A stretch of DNA of 64,000 bases, from assembly GCF_004353825.1 (NCBI RefSeq), contig NZ_SMNA01000007.1, positions 186,001 through 250,000 on the forward strand. Reading direction: 5' to 3'. A program made the position numbers and the translations under genes. The stretch comes from Occultella glacieicola. GTDB taxonomy: Bacteria > Actinomycetota > Actinomycetes > Actinomycetales > Beutenbergiaceae. Each line of letters starts with the position of its first letter. The first letter of the stretch is position 1. The notes under the pieces are model-generated. The model worked only from the letters and a program-made list of their open reading frames with translations, made no database searches and had not been told where the DNA came from. Below are positions 47,645 through 57,463 of the stretch, piece by piece.

Positions 47645-48958
47645 ATGACCCGCAGGACAATCAGGTTCGCTGCCGTCGGCGCGGCCCTCGCACTCGGACT
47701 GACCGCCTGTGGCGGCGGTGGGGACGAGGGCGACGACGGCGCCACCGGCGGCGGCGGCACCGTCGATCCCGACGAGGAGATCACCCTCACCGTGACCTGG
47801 TGGGGCAACGATGACCGTGCCGACCGGTACAACCAGGCGATCGAGCTGTTCAACGAGGAGTACCCGAACATCACGATCAACCCGAACTTCTCGGCGTGGC
47901 CGGACTACTGGACCGCCCGGGCGACCGAGGCGGCCGGTTCGGCGCTGCCGGACGTGATGCAGATGGACCTCGCGTACATCAGTCAGTTCGGATCCCGTGG
48001 GCAGCTGCTCGATCTCGACCCCTACATCGGCGGTGAGCTCGACGTGTCCGGGATGCCGGAGTCGCTGCTCGCGGCCGGTCAGCTCGAGGCCGGGACCGTC
48101 GGCATCCCGCAGAGCACCAACACGCTCGCCCTGTTCTACAACCCGGCGGTGGTCACGCAGCTCGGCATCGAGCCGCCCGCGAACGACCTCACCTGGGACG
48201 ACTACGACGCGTGGATCACCCAGGCGGCCGAGGCAGGTGCCGGTCTCGACCCCGTCCTGTACGGATCCGGTGACTACACGGGCGTGTTCTGGTTGTTCAT
48301 CCAGCACCTGGTGCAGGAGGGCAACGAGGTGTTCACCGCCGACGGCGAGATCGCCTTCACCGAGGACGACATGAAGGAGTGGCTGAACCGGACCACGGAC
48401 CTGCGTGCGGATGGTTCGCTGTTCCCGACCGAGCGCACCGTGCAGCTCGCTCCGCTCGGTGGCTTCACCGTCAACGAGGTGGCCTCCGAGTTCAGCTGGG
48501 ACAACTTCCTGGCCGGCTACCTCGCCGACTCCGGCGCCGAGTCCATCGAGATGCTGCCCATGCCGCTCGGGTCCTCCGGTGAGCGTGGCATGTTCCAGAA
48601 GCCGTCCATGCTCCTCTCGGCCGGCTCGAACACCGAGCACCCGGAGGCGGCGGCGGCGTTCATCGACTTCATCACGAACGACCCGGCGGTCGGCGCCATC
48701 TTCGGTACCTCGCGGGGTGTCCCGGCGACCGAGTCCGCACGCTCGGAACTCTCGGCCGAGGGGACCGATGCCCAGGTGATCGCCTACGAGGAGTCCGTGG
48801 CCGACGACATCACCGAATCGGTCCCGACGCTGCCCGAAGGCTTCGGCTCCATCGAGGCCACCTGGCTGCGCCTCGCCGAGGAGCTCGGCTACGGCCAGAT
48901 CACGGTCGACGAGTTCGTCGAGCAGTGGTTCGCCGAGGCCGAGTCCGCCCTCGCCTGA
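47645..48958 (+). CDS. Sugar ABC substrate-binding lipoprotein (YesO-like)
   Basis: Lipobox LTAC; TWWG...R, PDVMQMD, KPSM, RGVP. Confidence 0.9.
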   Translation: MTRRTIRFAAVGAALALGLTACGGGGDEGDDGATGGGGTVDPDEEITLTVTWWGNDDRADRYNQAIELFNEEYPNITINPNFSAWPDYWTARATEAAGSALPDVMQMDLAYISQFGSRGQLLDLDPYIGGELDVSGMPESLLAAGQLEAGTVGIPQSTNTLALFYNPAVVTQLGIEPPANDLTWDDYDAWITQAAEAGAGLDPVLYGSGDYTGVFWLFIQHLVQEGNEVFTADGEIAFTEDDMKEWLNRTTDLRADGSLFPTERTVQLAPLGGFTVNEVASEFSWDNFLAGYLADSGAESIEMLPMPLGSSGERGMFQKPSMLLSAGSNTEHPEAAAAFIDFITNDPAVGAIFGTSRGVPATESARSELSAEGTDAQVIAYEESVADDITESVPTLPEGFGSIEATWLRLAEELGYGQITVDEFVEQWFAEAESALA

Positions 48959-48985
48959 CGCACCGCCACCACTGAGGAGCATTCT

Positions 48986-49936
48986 GTGACCCCGGAGACT
49001 CTCGCTCCGGCCAAGGTCGCCGCGCCCCGCCCGTCGCATCAGAAGCGACGGGCGCGGGCCGCGGAGACCCGCGCCGGCTACGGATTCCTGACGCCCTGGC
49101 TGATCGGGTTCTTCCTGCTGACGGTCGGTCCGATGGCAGCGTCCCTGTACCTGTCGTTCACGGACTACGACCTGTTCGGCGCCCCGGAGTTCATCGGGCT
49201 GGAGAACTACCAGAACCTGTTCGACGACCCGAGGTTCCGGCAGTCCGTCGTCGTCACCGTGACGTACGTGGTGATCGGCACGCCGATCAAACTGGCCGCG
49301 TCGCTCGCCGTCGCCATGCTCCTCAACGCGAAGCGCAAGGGCCTCGGGTTCTACCGCTCGGCGTTCTACGCACCGTCGCTGATCGCGGCGAGCGTCTCGG
49401 TCGCCATCGTCTGGAAGGCGATGTTCATCGACGACGGGATCGTCGACCAGGTGCTCTCACTGTTCGGCATCCGGCTCGGCGGTTGGGTCGGCAACCCGGA
49501 CATGACGATGCCGATGTTCGTGCTCCTGGCGGTCTGGGCGTTCGGTGCGCCGATGGTGATCTTCCTGGCCGGCCTGAAGCAGGTCCCGCAGGAGTTGTAC
49601 GAGGCGGCCGAGATGGACGGCGCCGGCAAGACGCGCAAGTTCATCAACATCACACTTCCGATGCTCTCCCCGGTGATCTTCTTCAACCTGCTCATGGAGA
49701 CGATCGGTGCGTTCCAGATCTTCGGGTCCGCGTTCATCATCTCCGGCGGCACCGGCGGTCCGGCCGGATCGACGCTGTTCTACACGCTCTACCTGTACAT
49801 CCGCGGGTTCACCGACTTCAAGATGGGCTACGCCTCGGCGATGGCCTGGTTGCTGGTGATCGTCGTCGGCATCATCACGGTCATCTTCTTCCGGACCTCG
49901 CGGTCCTGGGTCCACTACGCGGGAGACTCGAAGTGA
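48986..49936 (+). CDS. Carbohydrate ABC permease (YesP-like)
   Basis: PWLIGF, YEAAEMDGA, MGYASAMAW. Confidence 0.92.
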   Translation: MTPETLAPAKVAAPRPSHQKRRARAAETRAGYGFLTPWLIGFFLLTVGPMAASLYLSFTDYDLFGAPEFIGLENYQNLFDDPRFRQSVVVTVTYVVIGTPIKLAASLAVAMLLNAKRKGLGFYRSAFYAPSLIAASVSVAIVWKAMFIDDGIVDQVLSLFGIRLGGWVGNPDMTMPMFVLLAVWAFGAPMVIFLAGLKQVPQELYEAAEMDGAGKTRKFINITLPMLSPVIFFNLLMETIGAFQIFGSAFIISGGTGGPAGSTLFYTLYLYIRGFTDFKMGYASAMAWLLVIVVGIITVIFFRTSRSWVHYAGDSK

Positions 49937-50841
49937 GTACCGACACCGTCGCCCCCACGCGGATGAGCGCCGAGGACAGCGCCCGCCTGCGTCAGACCAA
50001 CAAGCGTCGCAGCCGGGTCGGCTCCGTCGCCTACCACGTCCTCATGATCGCGCTCGCGTGCGTCGTGCTCTACCCGGCCCTGTGGATGCTGATGTCCTCG
50101 CTCAAGCCTTCGAGCGACATCGTCGGCAACGTCTCCCTGATCCCCGAGAACGGTTCGCTGCAGAACTACATCACCGCCCTCGACGGGATCGGCGGGGTCT
50201 CGACGTTGACGTTCTTCCAGAACTCGCTGATCGTCGCCGTGCTCAGCGTGATCGGGGTGGTGCTGTCCGCGTCGGTGTCGGCCTACGCATTCTCGCGGGT
50301 GAAGTTCCCGGGCCGTAACCTGTTCTTCTCGATGATGGTGGCGACGTTGCTGCTGCCGTTCCACGTCGTGATCATTCCCCAGTACATCGTGTTCAACAAT
50401 CTGGACATGGTGAACACGTACTGGCCGCTGCTCCTGCCGAAGTTCCTGGCCACCGACGCCTTCTTCGTGTTCCTGATGGTCCAGTTCATGCGCGGACTGC
50501 CGATCGAGCTGGACGAGGCCGCCCGGATCGACGGAGCCGGGCACGTCCGGATCTTCTCCTCCATCGTGCTCCCGTTGATGAAGCCGTCACTCATCACCGC
50601 GTCGATCTTCACGTTCATCTGGACCTGGAACGACTTCCTCGGCCCACTGCTCTACCTGAAGCAGCCCGACCTGTACACGCTGCCCATCGCGCTGCGGCTG
50701 TTCGTGGACCAGACCACGGTCTCCGACTACGGTGCGCAGATGGCCATGGCGGTGCTCGCACTGCTGCCGGTGATGCTCTTCTTCTTCATCTTCCAGCGCT
50801 ACCTGGTCGACGGCGTCTCGACGTCCGGCCTCAAGGGCTGA
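49933..50841 (+). CDS. Carbohydrate ABC permease (YesQ-like)
   Basis: GTGA overlap; DEAARIDG, WTWNDF, TSGLKG. Confidence 0.92.
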   Translation: MSTDTVAPTRMSAEDSARLRQTNKRRSRVGSVAYHVLMIALACVVLYPALWMLMSSLKPSSDIVGNVSLIPENGSLQNYITALDGIGGVSTLTFFQNSLIVAVLSVIGVVLSASVSAYAFSRVKFPGRNLFFSMMVATLLLPFHVVIIPQYIVFNNLDMVNTYWPLLLPKFLATDAFFVFLMVQFMRGLPIELDEAARIDGAGHVRIFSSIVLPLMKPSLITASIFTFIWTWNDFLGPLLYLKQPDLYTLPIALRLFVDQTTVSDYGAQMAMAVLALLPVMLFFFIFQRYLVDGVSTSGLKG

Positions 50842-50842
50842 G

Positions 50843-51469
50843 TTGGGCAGGGGGAGCGGTGCCCCGAAGGGGCCGTCGGTCGGCGGCCCCACCGGGGTGC
50901 GCCCGGGTGCGTTCACGCTGTTCGCCGAGGTGCTCTTCACGGGGCTGGTGGTCACGCTGCTGTGCCTGCCGCTGATCACGATCCTGCCGGCCATGGCGGC
51001 CGGGGCGGCTCACCTGCGGCGGCACATCGAGGGCCGCGCGGATCCACTCCGGGCCGTGTTCTCCGACTTCGCCGCCTACCTTCGTGGTTCCTGGCCGCTC
51101 GGGGTCGGGGCGTTGGCGCTCGTCGTCCTGCTCATCATCGACATCGACATCGCGACGTTCACGGACCTGCCCGGCGGCCAAGTGTTCCGGTTCCTGAGCA
51201 TCGCGGTGCTCGCGCTCGGAGCAGTGATCGCATTGCGGACCGCCGGTGGGCGGGCACTGTGGCCCGAAGTAGGCTGGCGCGACGCCGTCGGGGACGCCGG
51301 CCGTCGATCAGTTGCGGACCCGGTCGGTTCCGTCCTGCTGCTCGTCGCGATCGGCCTCAGCGCCGTCCTCGTCTGGATGCTTGCCATCTTTGCCCTCATC
51401 GTGCCGGGACTGCTCGTCCTGGCCCTTGTCTCCGTAGAACACCGCCACTACCGCAGGAGCGCCGAATGA
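50843..51469 (+). CDS. DUF624/YesL-like membrane protein
   Basis: LPLITILPAMAA pattern; several TM; inside the sugar operon. Confidence 0.65.
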   Translation: MGRGSGAPKGPSVGGPTGVRPGAFTLFAEVLFTGLVVTLLCLPLITILPAMAAGAAHLRRHIEGRADPLRAVFSDFAAYLRGSWPLGVGALALVVLLIIDIDIATFTDLPGGQVFRFLSIAVLALGAVIALRTAGGRALWPEVGWRDAVGDAGRRSVADPVGSVLLLVAIGLSAVLVWMLAIFALIVPGLLVLALVSVEHRHYRRSAE

Positions 51470-52872
51470 CCAACCGCCGCTACGCCGTCGCCGGCACCGG
51501 GCACCGCGCCGGGATGTACATCAACGCACTCACCGGAGCGCACGCCGACGCCGGGGAGATCGTCGCCTGGTGCGAGCCCAATCCCGGCCGCGCGCAGTTC
51601 CACGCCCAGTCGGTGGCGCGGGACCTGGGCCGCGACGTGGACATCCCGCGCTACGACCCGGCGGATCTGGAGAGGATGATCGCGGAGCGATCGGTCGACG
51701 TGGTCGTGGTGACCTCGCCCGACCACGCCCATGCCGACCTCGTCACCCGTGCGATGCGCGCCGGCGCGGACGTCGTGGTGGAGAAGCCGCTCACCACCAG
51801 CGCCGAGGGCTGCCGCGCGATCACCGGCGCCGTCGCCGAGACCGGCCGGTCGCTGATCATGACGTTCAACTACCGGTACGCCCCGCGGAACTCGAGCCTG
51901 CGCGAGGTGATCGCCTCCGGCGAGATCGGTGAGGTCACCTCGATCCACTTCGAGTGGGTGCTGGACACCGTGCACGGCGCGGACTACTTCCGTCGCTGGC
52001 ACCGGGACAAGGCGAACTCGGGCGGCCTGCTGATCCACAAGTCGTCGCACCACTTCGACCTCGTCAACTGGTGGCTGCAGGACGCACCCCGCCGCGTGTA
52101 CGCCTCCGGCGGGCTGAAGTTCTACGGGCCCGACGGCGCCGGCGCCGCTCAGGCGGGGCAGCGCCCGGCCCGCGGGCGCGACGCCGAGCCCGGCGACAAC
52201 TGGTCGATCGACCTGGCCGCGGATCCGCGACTGAAGGCTCTCTACCTCGATTCCGAGCATCACGACTCCTACATCCGCGACCAGGACGTGTTCGCGCCCG
52301 GCATCACCATCGAGGACAACCTCGCCGTGGTGGTCGACTATCGGCGTGGCGCCACCCTCACGTACTCCCTGAACGCCCACTCGCCGTGGGAGGGCTACCG
52401 CGTGAGCGTGAACGGAACCAAGGGCCGGGCCGAGCTGCAGGTGGTCGAGCGCGGTGCCGTGCTGACCGACGCGAACGGCCGGGCGGTCGTGGACCCGAGC
52501 GCCAAGCCGGATGTCGGTGGCGGCGACGACCTGCGCCCCCGCGGTGACCATCTGATCGTGCAGAAGCACTGGCAGGAGGCCCACGAGTACCGGATCCCGG
52601 AGGGTGTCGGTGGGCACGGCGGCGGGGACGCCATCCTGCTCCGCGACGTGTTCGACGGCTCAGGTGAGGACCCTCTGGGCCGCCGCGCCGGCTACCTCGA
52701 CGGCGTCCGGGCGGTCTGCGTCGGCATCGCCGGCAACATCTCGCTCACCTCGGGCAGCGCCGTGCTCGTGGACGACCTCGACCTCGGCGTGGACGTCGGC
52801 GCCGGGCTGGACGCCGGTGCGGGCAGTGCGGGCACGGGCGACCGGGAGCGGGTCGGAGGGGGAGTGGCCTGA
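51466..52872 (+). CDS. Gfo/Idh/MocA oxidoreductase
   Basis: EKP, FNYRY, HGADYFRRWH, HK..HHFD, GHGGGD. Confidence 0.9.
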   Translation: MTNRRYAVAGTGHRAGMYINALTGAHADAGEIVAWCEPNPGRAQFHAQSVARDLGRDVDIPRYDPADLERMIAERSVDVVVVTSPDHAHADLVTRAMRAGADVVVEKPLTTSAEGCRAITGAVAETGRSLIMTFNYRYAPRNSSLREVIASGEIGEVTSIHFEWVLDTVHGADYFRRWHRDKANSGGLLIHKSSHHFDLVNWWLQDAPRRVYASGGLKFYGPDGAGAAQAGQRPARGRDAEPGDNWSIDLAADPRLKALYLDSEHHDSYIRDQDVFAPGITIEDNLAVVVDYRRGATLTYSLNAHSPWEGYRVSVNGTKGRAELQVVERGAVLTDANGRAVVDPSAKPDVGGGDDLRPRGDHLIVQKHWQEAHEYRIPEGVGGHGGGDAILLRDVFDGSGEDPLGRRAGYLDGVRAVCVGIAGNISLTSGSAVLVDDLDLGVDVGAGLDAGAGSAGTGDRERVGGGVA

Positions 52873-53222
52873 TGCCCCGGGTCTGCTTCATCTCCCGGGT
52901 CCGACCCGACCGCCTCGACGCCTACCGCGAGGCGCACGCCCAGGTCTGGCCGGAGATGCTCGAGGCGCTGCGGGACACCGGGTGGCGGGACTACTCGCTC
53001 TACCTCTCCGACGACGGGCTGCTGGTCGGCCACCTGGAGACCGACGATTACGCCGCCGCCCAGGAGGCCATGACCCGCACGGCCGTCAATCCCCGGTGGC
53101 AGGCCGCGATGAGCGAGTTCTTCGTGGACCCGGGCAACCCGGACGAGGGCTTCCAGGTCCTCGACGAGGTGTTCCACCTGGAGGACCAGCTCGCCGCGCA
53201 CGGGCTGCCCACCCGGCCCTGA
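52872..53222 (+). CDS. rhaM: L-rhamnose mutarotase
   Basis: Y...H..VWPEM, YSLY, WQ..M, EVFHL. Confidence 0.85.
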   Translation: MPRVCFISRVRPDRLDAYREAHAQVWPEMLEALRDTGWRDYSLYLSDDGLLVGHLETDDYAAAQEAMTRTAVNPRWQAAMSEFFVDPGNPDEGFQVLDEVFHLEDQLAAHGLPTRP

Positions 53223-53450
53223 CCGCCCCGTACCAACCACCCCAGAGTCCCGGAATCCAGGCCCCGCGCCCCACACCCCGGCACCCACGCCCCAGACCAC
53301 CCGCCCACACACCCTGACCCGAGTCCCGAGACCCCCACCCGGCGGCGCGCCGAGTCAGTCTGTTGCGGGTCGAGGGAGTCCCCGCGCGGCGACGGATTCG
53401 AGGTCGCCACGACTGACGTGGTGCGGTCCGGGCCTCGCCCACGGGCGCCC

Positions 53451-53610
53451 GGGACGGGTCGAAACGGTACGGCCCGCCCGGGACGGGTCGAGACGGTGCG
53501 GGTCGAGACGGTGCGGGTCGTCCGGGGCGGGTCGAAAGGGCACGGGGCGTCCGGGACGGGTCGCACGGCACGGGTCAGAAACGCGGCTCGAACCCGCACG
53601 GGTCGAGCGG
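53451..53610 (+). repeat. Degenerate ~14.5-nt tandem array (cgggtcgaRacgg)
   Basis: cgggtc cores at 53455, 53484, 53499, 53514, 53528, 53557, 53571 and 53599. Confidence 0.8.
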
Positions 53611-53717
53611 TGGCCAGGAATGGACCACGCGTGCCTATCCGCAGGGTGTCCGGGCCGACACCGGCCATATCCACAGGGTGTTCGCACCGTGCGGGACGGT
53701 GGGTCACGCTGGCGGGC

Positions 53718-54746
53718 ATGCCAGCGGAGATCCCGAGCCCACCGGAACTACCGGTCGTGCTCCTGACCAGTGAGCTCACCGCCGGGAGTCTCGCTCACGC
53801 GAGGGCGCACCAGGACCTGCGGCGGGTGCGACGCGGCGCGGACGTCGAGCTCACCCCGTCCGACCCGGCGTGGCGGCGGCGCGAGACCGTGATGCTCGCC
53901 CGGTGCGTGGCGATCGCACGCACGGCCAGGATGCGGTCCGCGTTCAGCCACGTCAGTGCCGCGCTGATCCACGGCTGCCCGATCTGGACGCCGGGCTCGC
54001 TGACCCACGTGACGCAGGCCGTGAAGCCCAGTTCCGGGCGGCCGGCGGACATGGTCAGGCACCGGTCGCGGATCCCCGATGGCGAGGTGACCTCGGTCCG
54101 GGGCCTGAACGTGACCACGCTCGAACGCACCATCCTGGACTGCGTACGGACGGTGCATCCCCGCGATGGGCTGGTGATCGCCGATGCCGGGATGCGCATG
54201 CTGATCCGGCCCGACCGCCGATACCGCGAGCGCTACCTGCCCCGGATCGAGGAACTGCGCGAGCGACTCCTGACCCGACTGGAGGGCCCCGACCTGGCCA
54301 GGGGACGCCGCCGGGCCCGTGCGGTCCTACGTGCCGCGGATCCGTACGCGGAGTCCGCAGCCGAATCGGTGCTGCGATGGATCGCCATCTCCCGGGGCCT
54401 TCCGTACCCGACCACGCAGTACCTGGTCGAGACCCGCAAGGGCCGGTTCTTCTGCGACATGACCTGGGTGACGCGTCGCGTCTACCAGGACGGCTCGGCC
54501 GCGCCGTCGCTGGTGCTGCATGCCGAGTTCGACGGGGAGGGCAAGTACGGGGACGACGTCCGGGCGGCCCGGGTGGTGCGCGAGGAGAAGGTGCGCGAGG
54601 ACGCCATCCGTGAGGTGAGCGGCCCGATGGTGCGGTTCATGCGGCCAGACCTCGGGAACCCGGACGACGTGTTCGCCCGTATCACCGCCGCCTTCTCCCG
54701 CAGGTACGTCCTGACGCTGCGCTCACGGCCCGACCTGCGCGGCTGA
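53718..54746 (+). CDS. AbiEi-like N-terminus with DUF559/Vsr-like nuclease-fold C-terminus
   Basis: LRRVRRG, SHVSAALIHG, VTTLERTILD, AESAAES.LR, P..Q, D...AEFDG.GKY, EK.RED.IR. Confidence 0.78.
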   Translation: MPAEIPSPPELPVVLLTSELTAGSLAHARAHQDLRRVRRGADVELTPSDPAWRRRETVMLARCVAIARTARMRSAFSHVSAALIHGCPIWTPGSLTHVTQAVKPSSGRPADMVRHRSRIPDGEVTSVRGLNVTTLERTILDCVRTVHPRDGLVIADAGMRMLIRPDRRYRERYLPRIEELRERLLTRLEGPDLARGRRRARAVLRAADPYAESAAESVLRWIAISRGLPYPTTQYLVETRKGRFFCDMTWVTRRVYQDGSAAPSLVLHAEFDGEGKYGDDVRAARVVREEKVREDAIREVSGPMVRFMRPDLGNPDDVFARITAAFSRRYVLTLRSRPDLRG

Positions 54747-54774
54747 TCGCCGCGACGCGACCGAGCGGGACCTT

Positions 54775-54838
54775 GTCAGTCGCGACGCCCTCGAGTCAGT
54801 CGTTGCCAACCGGCTGACTCGAGGGCGTGGCGACTGAC
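54775..54838. repeat. 28-bp imperfect inverted repeat (REP-like hairpin)
   Basis: Arms 54775-54802 and 54811-54838 with 2 mismatches; each arm has two GTCAG(T/C)C motifs. Confidence 0.85.
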
Positions 54839-54867
54839 TCGACGGGGATGCGGGTCGCATCCGCCGG

Positions 54868-57429
54868 TCAGGAGGTCAGGGACGCCAGCACCGTGCGGGC
54901 CTGGTGGCCCAGCGCGGCCGCGGCCGCCGGGCTCAGGGTGTCCGGGCGTTTGTGCTGGGCGAGCCGGTCGAGGAACCGCTCGAGCGCGCGGTTCGCCGAG
55001 TCCACCCGGCCGGACCCCAGGTGCAGCGCGGCCTGCTCCACCGCGACCTCGAGCTGCCGCGCGAGCGGGCCGCCCAGGTCGCCGGAGGCCACGAACGCGT
55101 CCACGCTCGCGGCGAGGGCCGCCACCGACCCGGGGGCCCAGTAGTGCGGGAGCGGCACCTGGGTGAAGTCGGTGTCCGAGCCGAGGTAGAAGCTCGGGTA
55201 GGCGGGCTGGTTGTACGTGGTCTGCTGCCGCGCGACCTCCGCCCGGTACTGCACGTCGTGCATGAGCGTGTACAACTTGCGGTCGGTGACCTCGGTGCTG
55301 AGGTAGATCCGGATCGCGCTCGAGTCCGCCGTCCGCACGAGCAGTTCCTCACGCCAGTCGCCGAACACGTCCGCCACGAGCGAGGGGTTGCCCTTCGTGT
55401 AGTTGTTCGTCCGGGTCCCGGTGGCGGTCAGCACGGTGCCTCGCTGGGCGTCGTCGATCGTCGGGGTGACGTCGAGCGAGCCGTTCACGAGCTGGGTGGT
55501 CAGGTCCGGCGACCACCGGATCGACATGTTCGTGCCGTAGCCGGAGGGCGCCAGCAGGTCGCCGTCGGCCGTGCGCAGGTCGACGGACCATGTCTCCAGG
55601 CCGGGGCTGCCCGGATCGACGTCCCCGACCATGCCGCGGCCGGTGTCGCGTCCGGAGTAGGCGCCGTAGAGCACCTCGCCGGTCCGTGCGTCGCGCAGCG
55701 CGTAGCCGTACGGGGCCCAGACCCCGCCCTCGTGGACCGTGTAGATCTCCAGGCCCGGGCGCTGCGGGTCGATGTCCGCGACGTGCATGGCATCGCCGTG
55801 GCCGAGCCGCGCGTACGCACCCGGGTCGGCGCTCTGCGGCGGCATCTCGGCGAACGAGCTGTACAGGAGGCTGCCGTCGTCGTCGATCGTGGCCGAGCCG
55901 TAGACGATCTCGTGGCGCCCGTCGCCGTCGACGTCCGCGGCGGACAGCGAGTGGAAGCCCTGGGTCGTGATGGTGCCGAACTCGGGGTCGGTGCCGTCCA
56001 CCCCGTGCGGTCCGTCGTTGAACGGGTTGGACATGGGGGTCCAACCGCTGTCCACGACCCAGTGCCGGCTCAGATGCTCGCCGTCCCAGTCGTAACTGAC
56101 GATTGTCGACCGCGTGTAGTAGCCACGCGCGAACACCGCCGAGGGGTGTGTCCCGTCGAGGTAGGCCACGCCGGCGAGGAAGCGGTCCACCCGGTTGCCG
56201 GGCTCGATCCGGGACATGGCGTAGTCGCCCCACATCAGCCCGTCGTCGTGGCGGCCGGGCTCGTACGGGACGGTCTCGAGCTCGGCGCCGGTGGCACCGT
56301 CGAAGACGGACAGGTACTCGGGCCCGTCGAGGATGAACCCCTCGAAGTCGCGGAGCACGTTGCGAGCGCTCCGGCTCGGCGCGTACACGTCCATGAAGTG
56401 GTCGGTGAGGGCCTCGGCGTCCGCCCGTGACAGCGGGTAGTCGTAGCTGGGCTCGAGGCCGAAGGCCTCCTCCAGCGTGGCCGGCCAGTGGCCGGCGACC
56501 ACCTCCGGGTGCTCGCTCCAGCCGAGGAACATCTCGATCACGTGCTCGTAGTAGTCCTCGGCGGAGAGCCGGTAGTCGTCGGTGTTGGCATAGCCGGCGG
56601 CGAGGTCCTCGGCCGGCATGGTGATGGCGGACGGCGTCCCGGCGACCCCGTCCGTGTACGGCACCGTCGTGGTGCCCGGGGCGGTCTTCAGCATGATCTC
56701 GGCGCGCCCGTCGCCGTCGAAGTCGTAGACCAGGAACTGCGTGTAGTGCGCCCCGGCCCGGATGTTCGGACCGAGGTCGAGGCGGTAGAGGAGCGTGCCG
56801 TCCAGCTCGTAGGCATCCAGGTACACGGTGCCGGTGTACCCGACCTGGGAGACGTCCTTGGAGTTCGACGGGTCCCACTTGACGATGTACTCGTACTGCC
56901 CGTCGCCGTCGACGTCCCCGACGCTCAGGTCGTTCGCCGAGTACGTGTAGGCCTCACCGGCCGGGGTGACGCCGTCGGCGGGGCGTTGCAACGGGAGGTC
57001 GAGGTAGTTCTGCGACCACGGTGAGGCAGGCGCCGAGGCATCCACCTCGACGCCCTCGACGACGGCGGAGACCGTGTAGGTCGCGGTACCGTCCGCACCA
57101 GCGTCGAGGTAGTTCGTGCTGTCCGTGACGCTCGCCAGGAGCCGACCGTCCCGGTAGACGTTGAAGTCGGCGCCGGTCATCGACGTCGCGGAGGCCCCGG
57201 TCACCTCGTTGCCGAGCAGGCGCCAACTCAGGAACACACCCTCTGCGGTGCTCGCCGCCACGAGGCCGCGGTCGAGGAGTTCCAGCTGGGGTGCGGCCGG
57301 TCCGACCGCATCGTTGGCGGGGTGGCCGGGTGCCGGGCCGGCGACGGCGGCCGTACCGGTGAGCGCGAGGGCGGCGCCGGTGGCGGCGGCCACCCAGCGA
57401 ACGCGACGGGTGGGTGCGTGCAGATTCAT
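54868..57429 (-). CDS. Secreted rhamnogalacturonan lyase, PL11 (YesW/YesX-like), with FIMAH-like tail
   Basis: LDRGLVA, FLSWRL, YSAND.SVGDVDGDG, NIRAGAHY, GNRVDRF, RGYYTR, HGDAMH, GDWREE, YNQP. Confidence 0.92.
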   Translation of the reverse strand: MNLHAPTRRVRWVAAATGAALALTGTAAVAGPAPGHPANDAVGPAAPQLELLDRGLVAASTAEGVFLSWRLLGNEVTGASATSMTGADFNVYRDGRLLASVTDSTNYLDAGADGTATYTVSAVVEGVEVDASAPASPWSQNYLDLPLQRPADGVTPAGEAYTYSANDLSVGDVDGDGQYEYIVKWDPSNSKDVSQVGYTGTVYLDAYELDGTLLYRLDLGPNIRAGAHYTQFLVYDFDGDGRAEIMLKTAPGTTTVPYTDGVAGTPSAITMPAEDLAAGYANTDDYRLSAEDYYEHVIEMFLGWSEHPEVVAGHWPATLEEAFGLEPSYDYPLSRADAEALTDHFMDVYAPSRSARNVLRDFEGFILDGPEYLSVFDGATGAELETVPYEPGRHDDGLMWGDYAMSRIEPGNRVDRFLAGVAYLDGTHPSAVFARGYYTRSTIVSYDWDGEHLSRHWVVDSGWTPMSNPFNDGPHGVDGTDPEFGTITTQGFHSLSAADVDGDGRHEIVYGSATIDDDGSLLYSSFAEMPPQSADPGAYARLGHGDAMHVADIDPQRPGLEIYTVHEGGVWAPYGYALRDARTGEVLYGAYSGRDTGRGMVGDVDPGSPGLETWSVDLRTADGDLLAPSGYGTNMSIRWSPDLTTQLVNGSLDVTPTIDDAQRGTVLTATGTRTNNYTKGNPSLVADVFGDWREELLVRTADSSAIRIYLSTEVTDRKLYTLMHDVQYRAEVARQQTTYNQPAYPSFYLGSDTDFTQVPLPHYWAPGSVAALAASVDAFVASGDLGGPLARQLEVAVEQAALHLGSGRVDSANRALERFLDRLAQHKRPDTLSPAAAAALGHQARTVLASLTS

Positions 57430-57463
57430 CGTCGAATCCCCAGTGCTCGATGGAAAAGCTCGT

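Larger units (their letters stand above)
53351..54841. mobile_element. Putative repeat-bracketed element carrying an AbiEi/DUF559-like gene
   Basis: CGAGTCAGTC at 53351 and its reverse complement at 54832-54841 enclose one gene; no target-site duplication or transposase seen. Confidence 0.3.

Noticed and set aside
53451..53610. Possible CRISPR array
   Set aside because: Units are about 14 nt, degenerate and contiguous, with no unique spacers and no cas genes.
53351..54841. Classical IS element
   Set aside because: No DDE or HUH transposase motifs and no target-site duplication; kept only as a hypothetical repeat-associated element.
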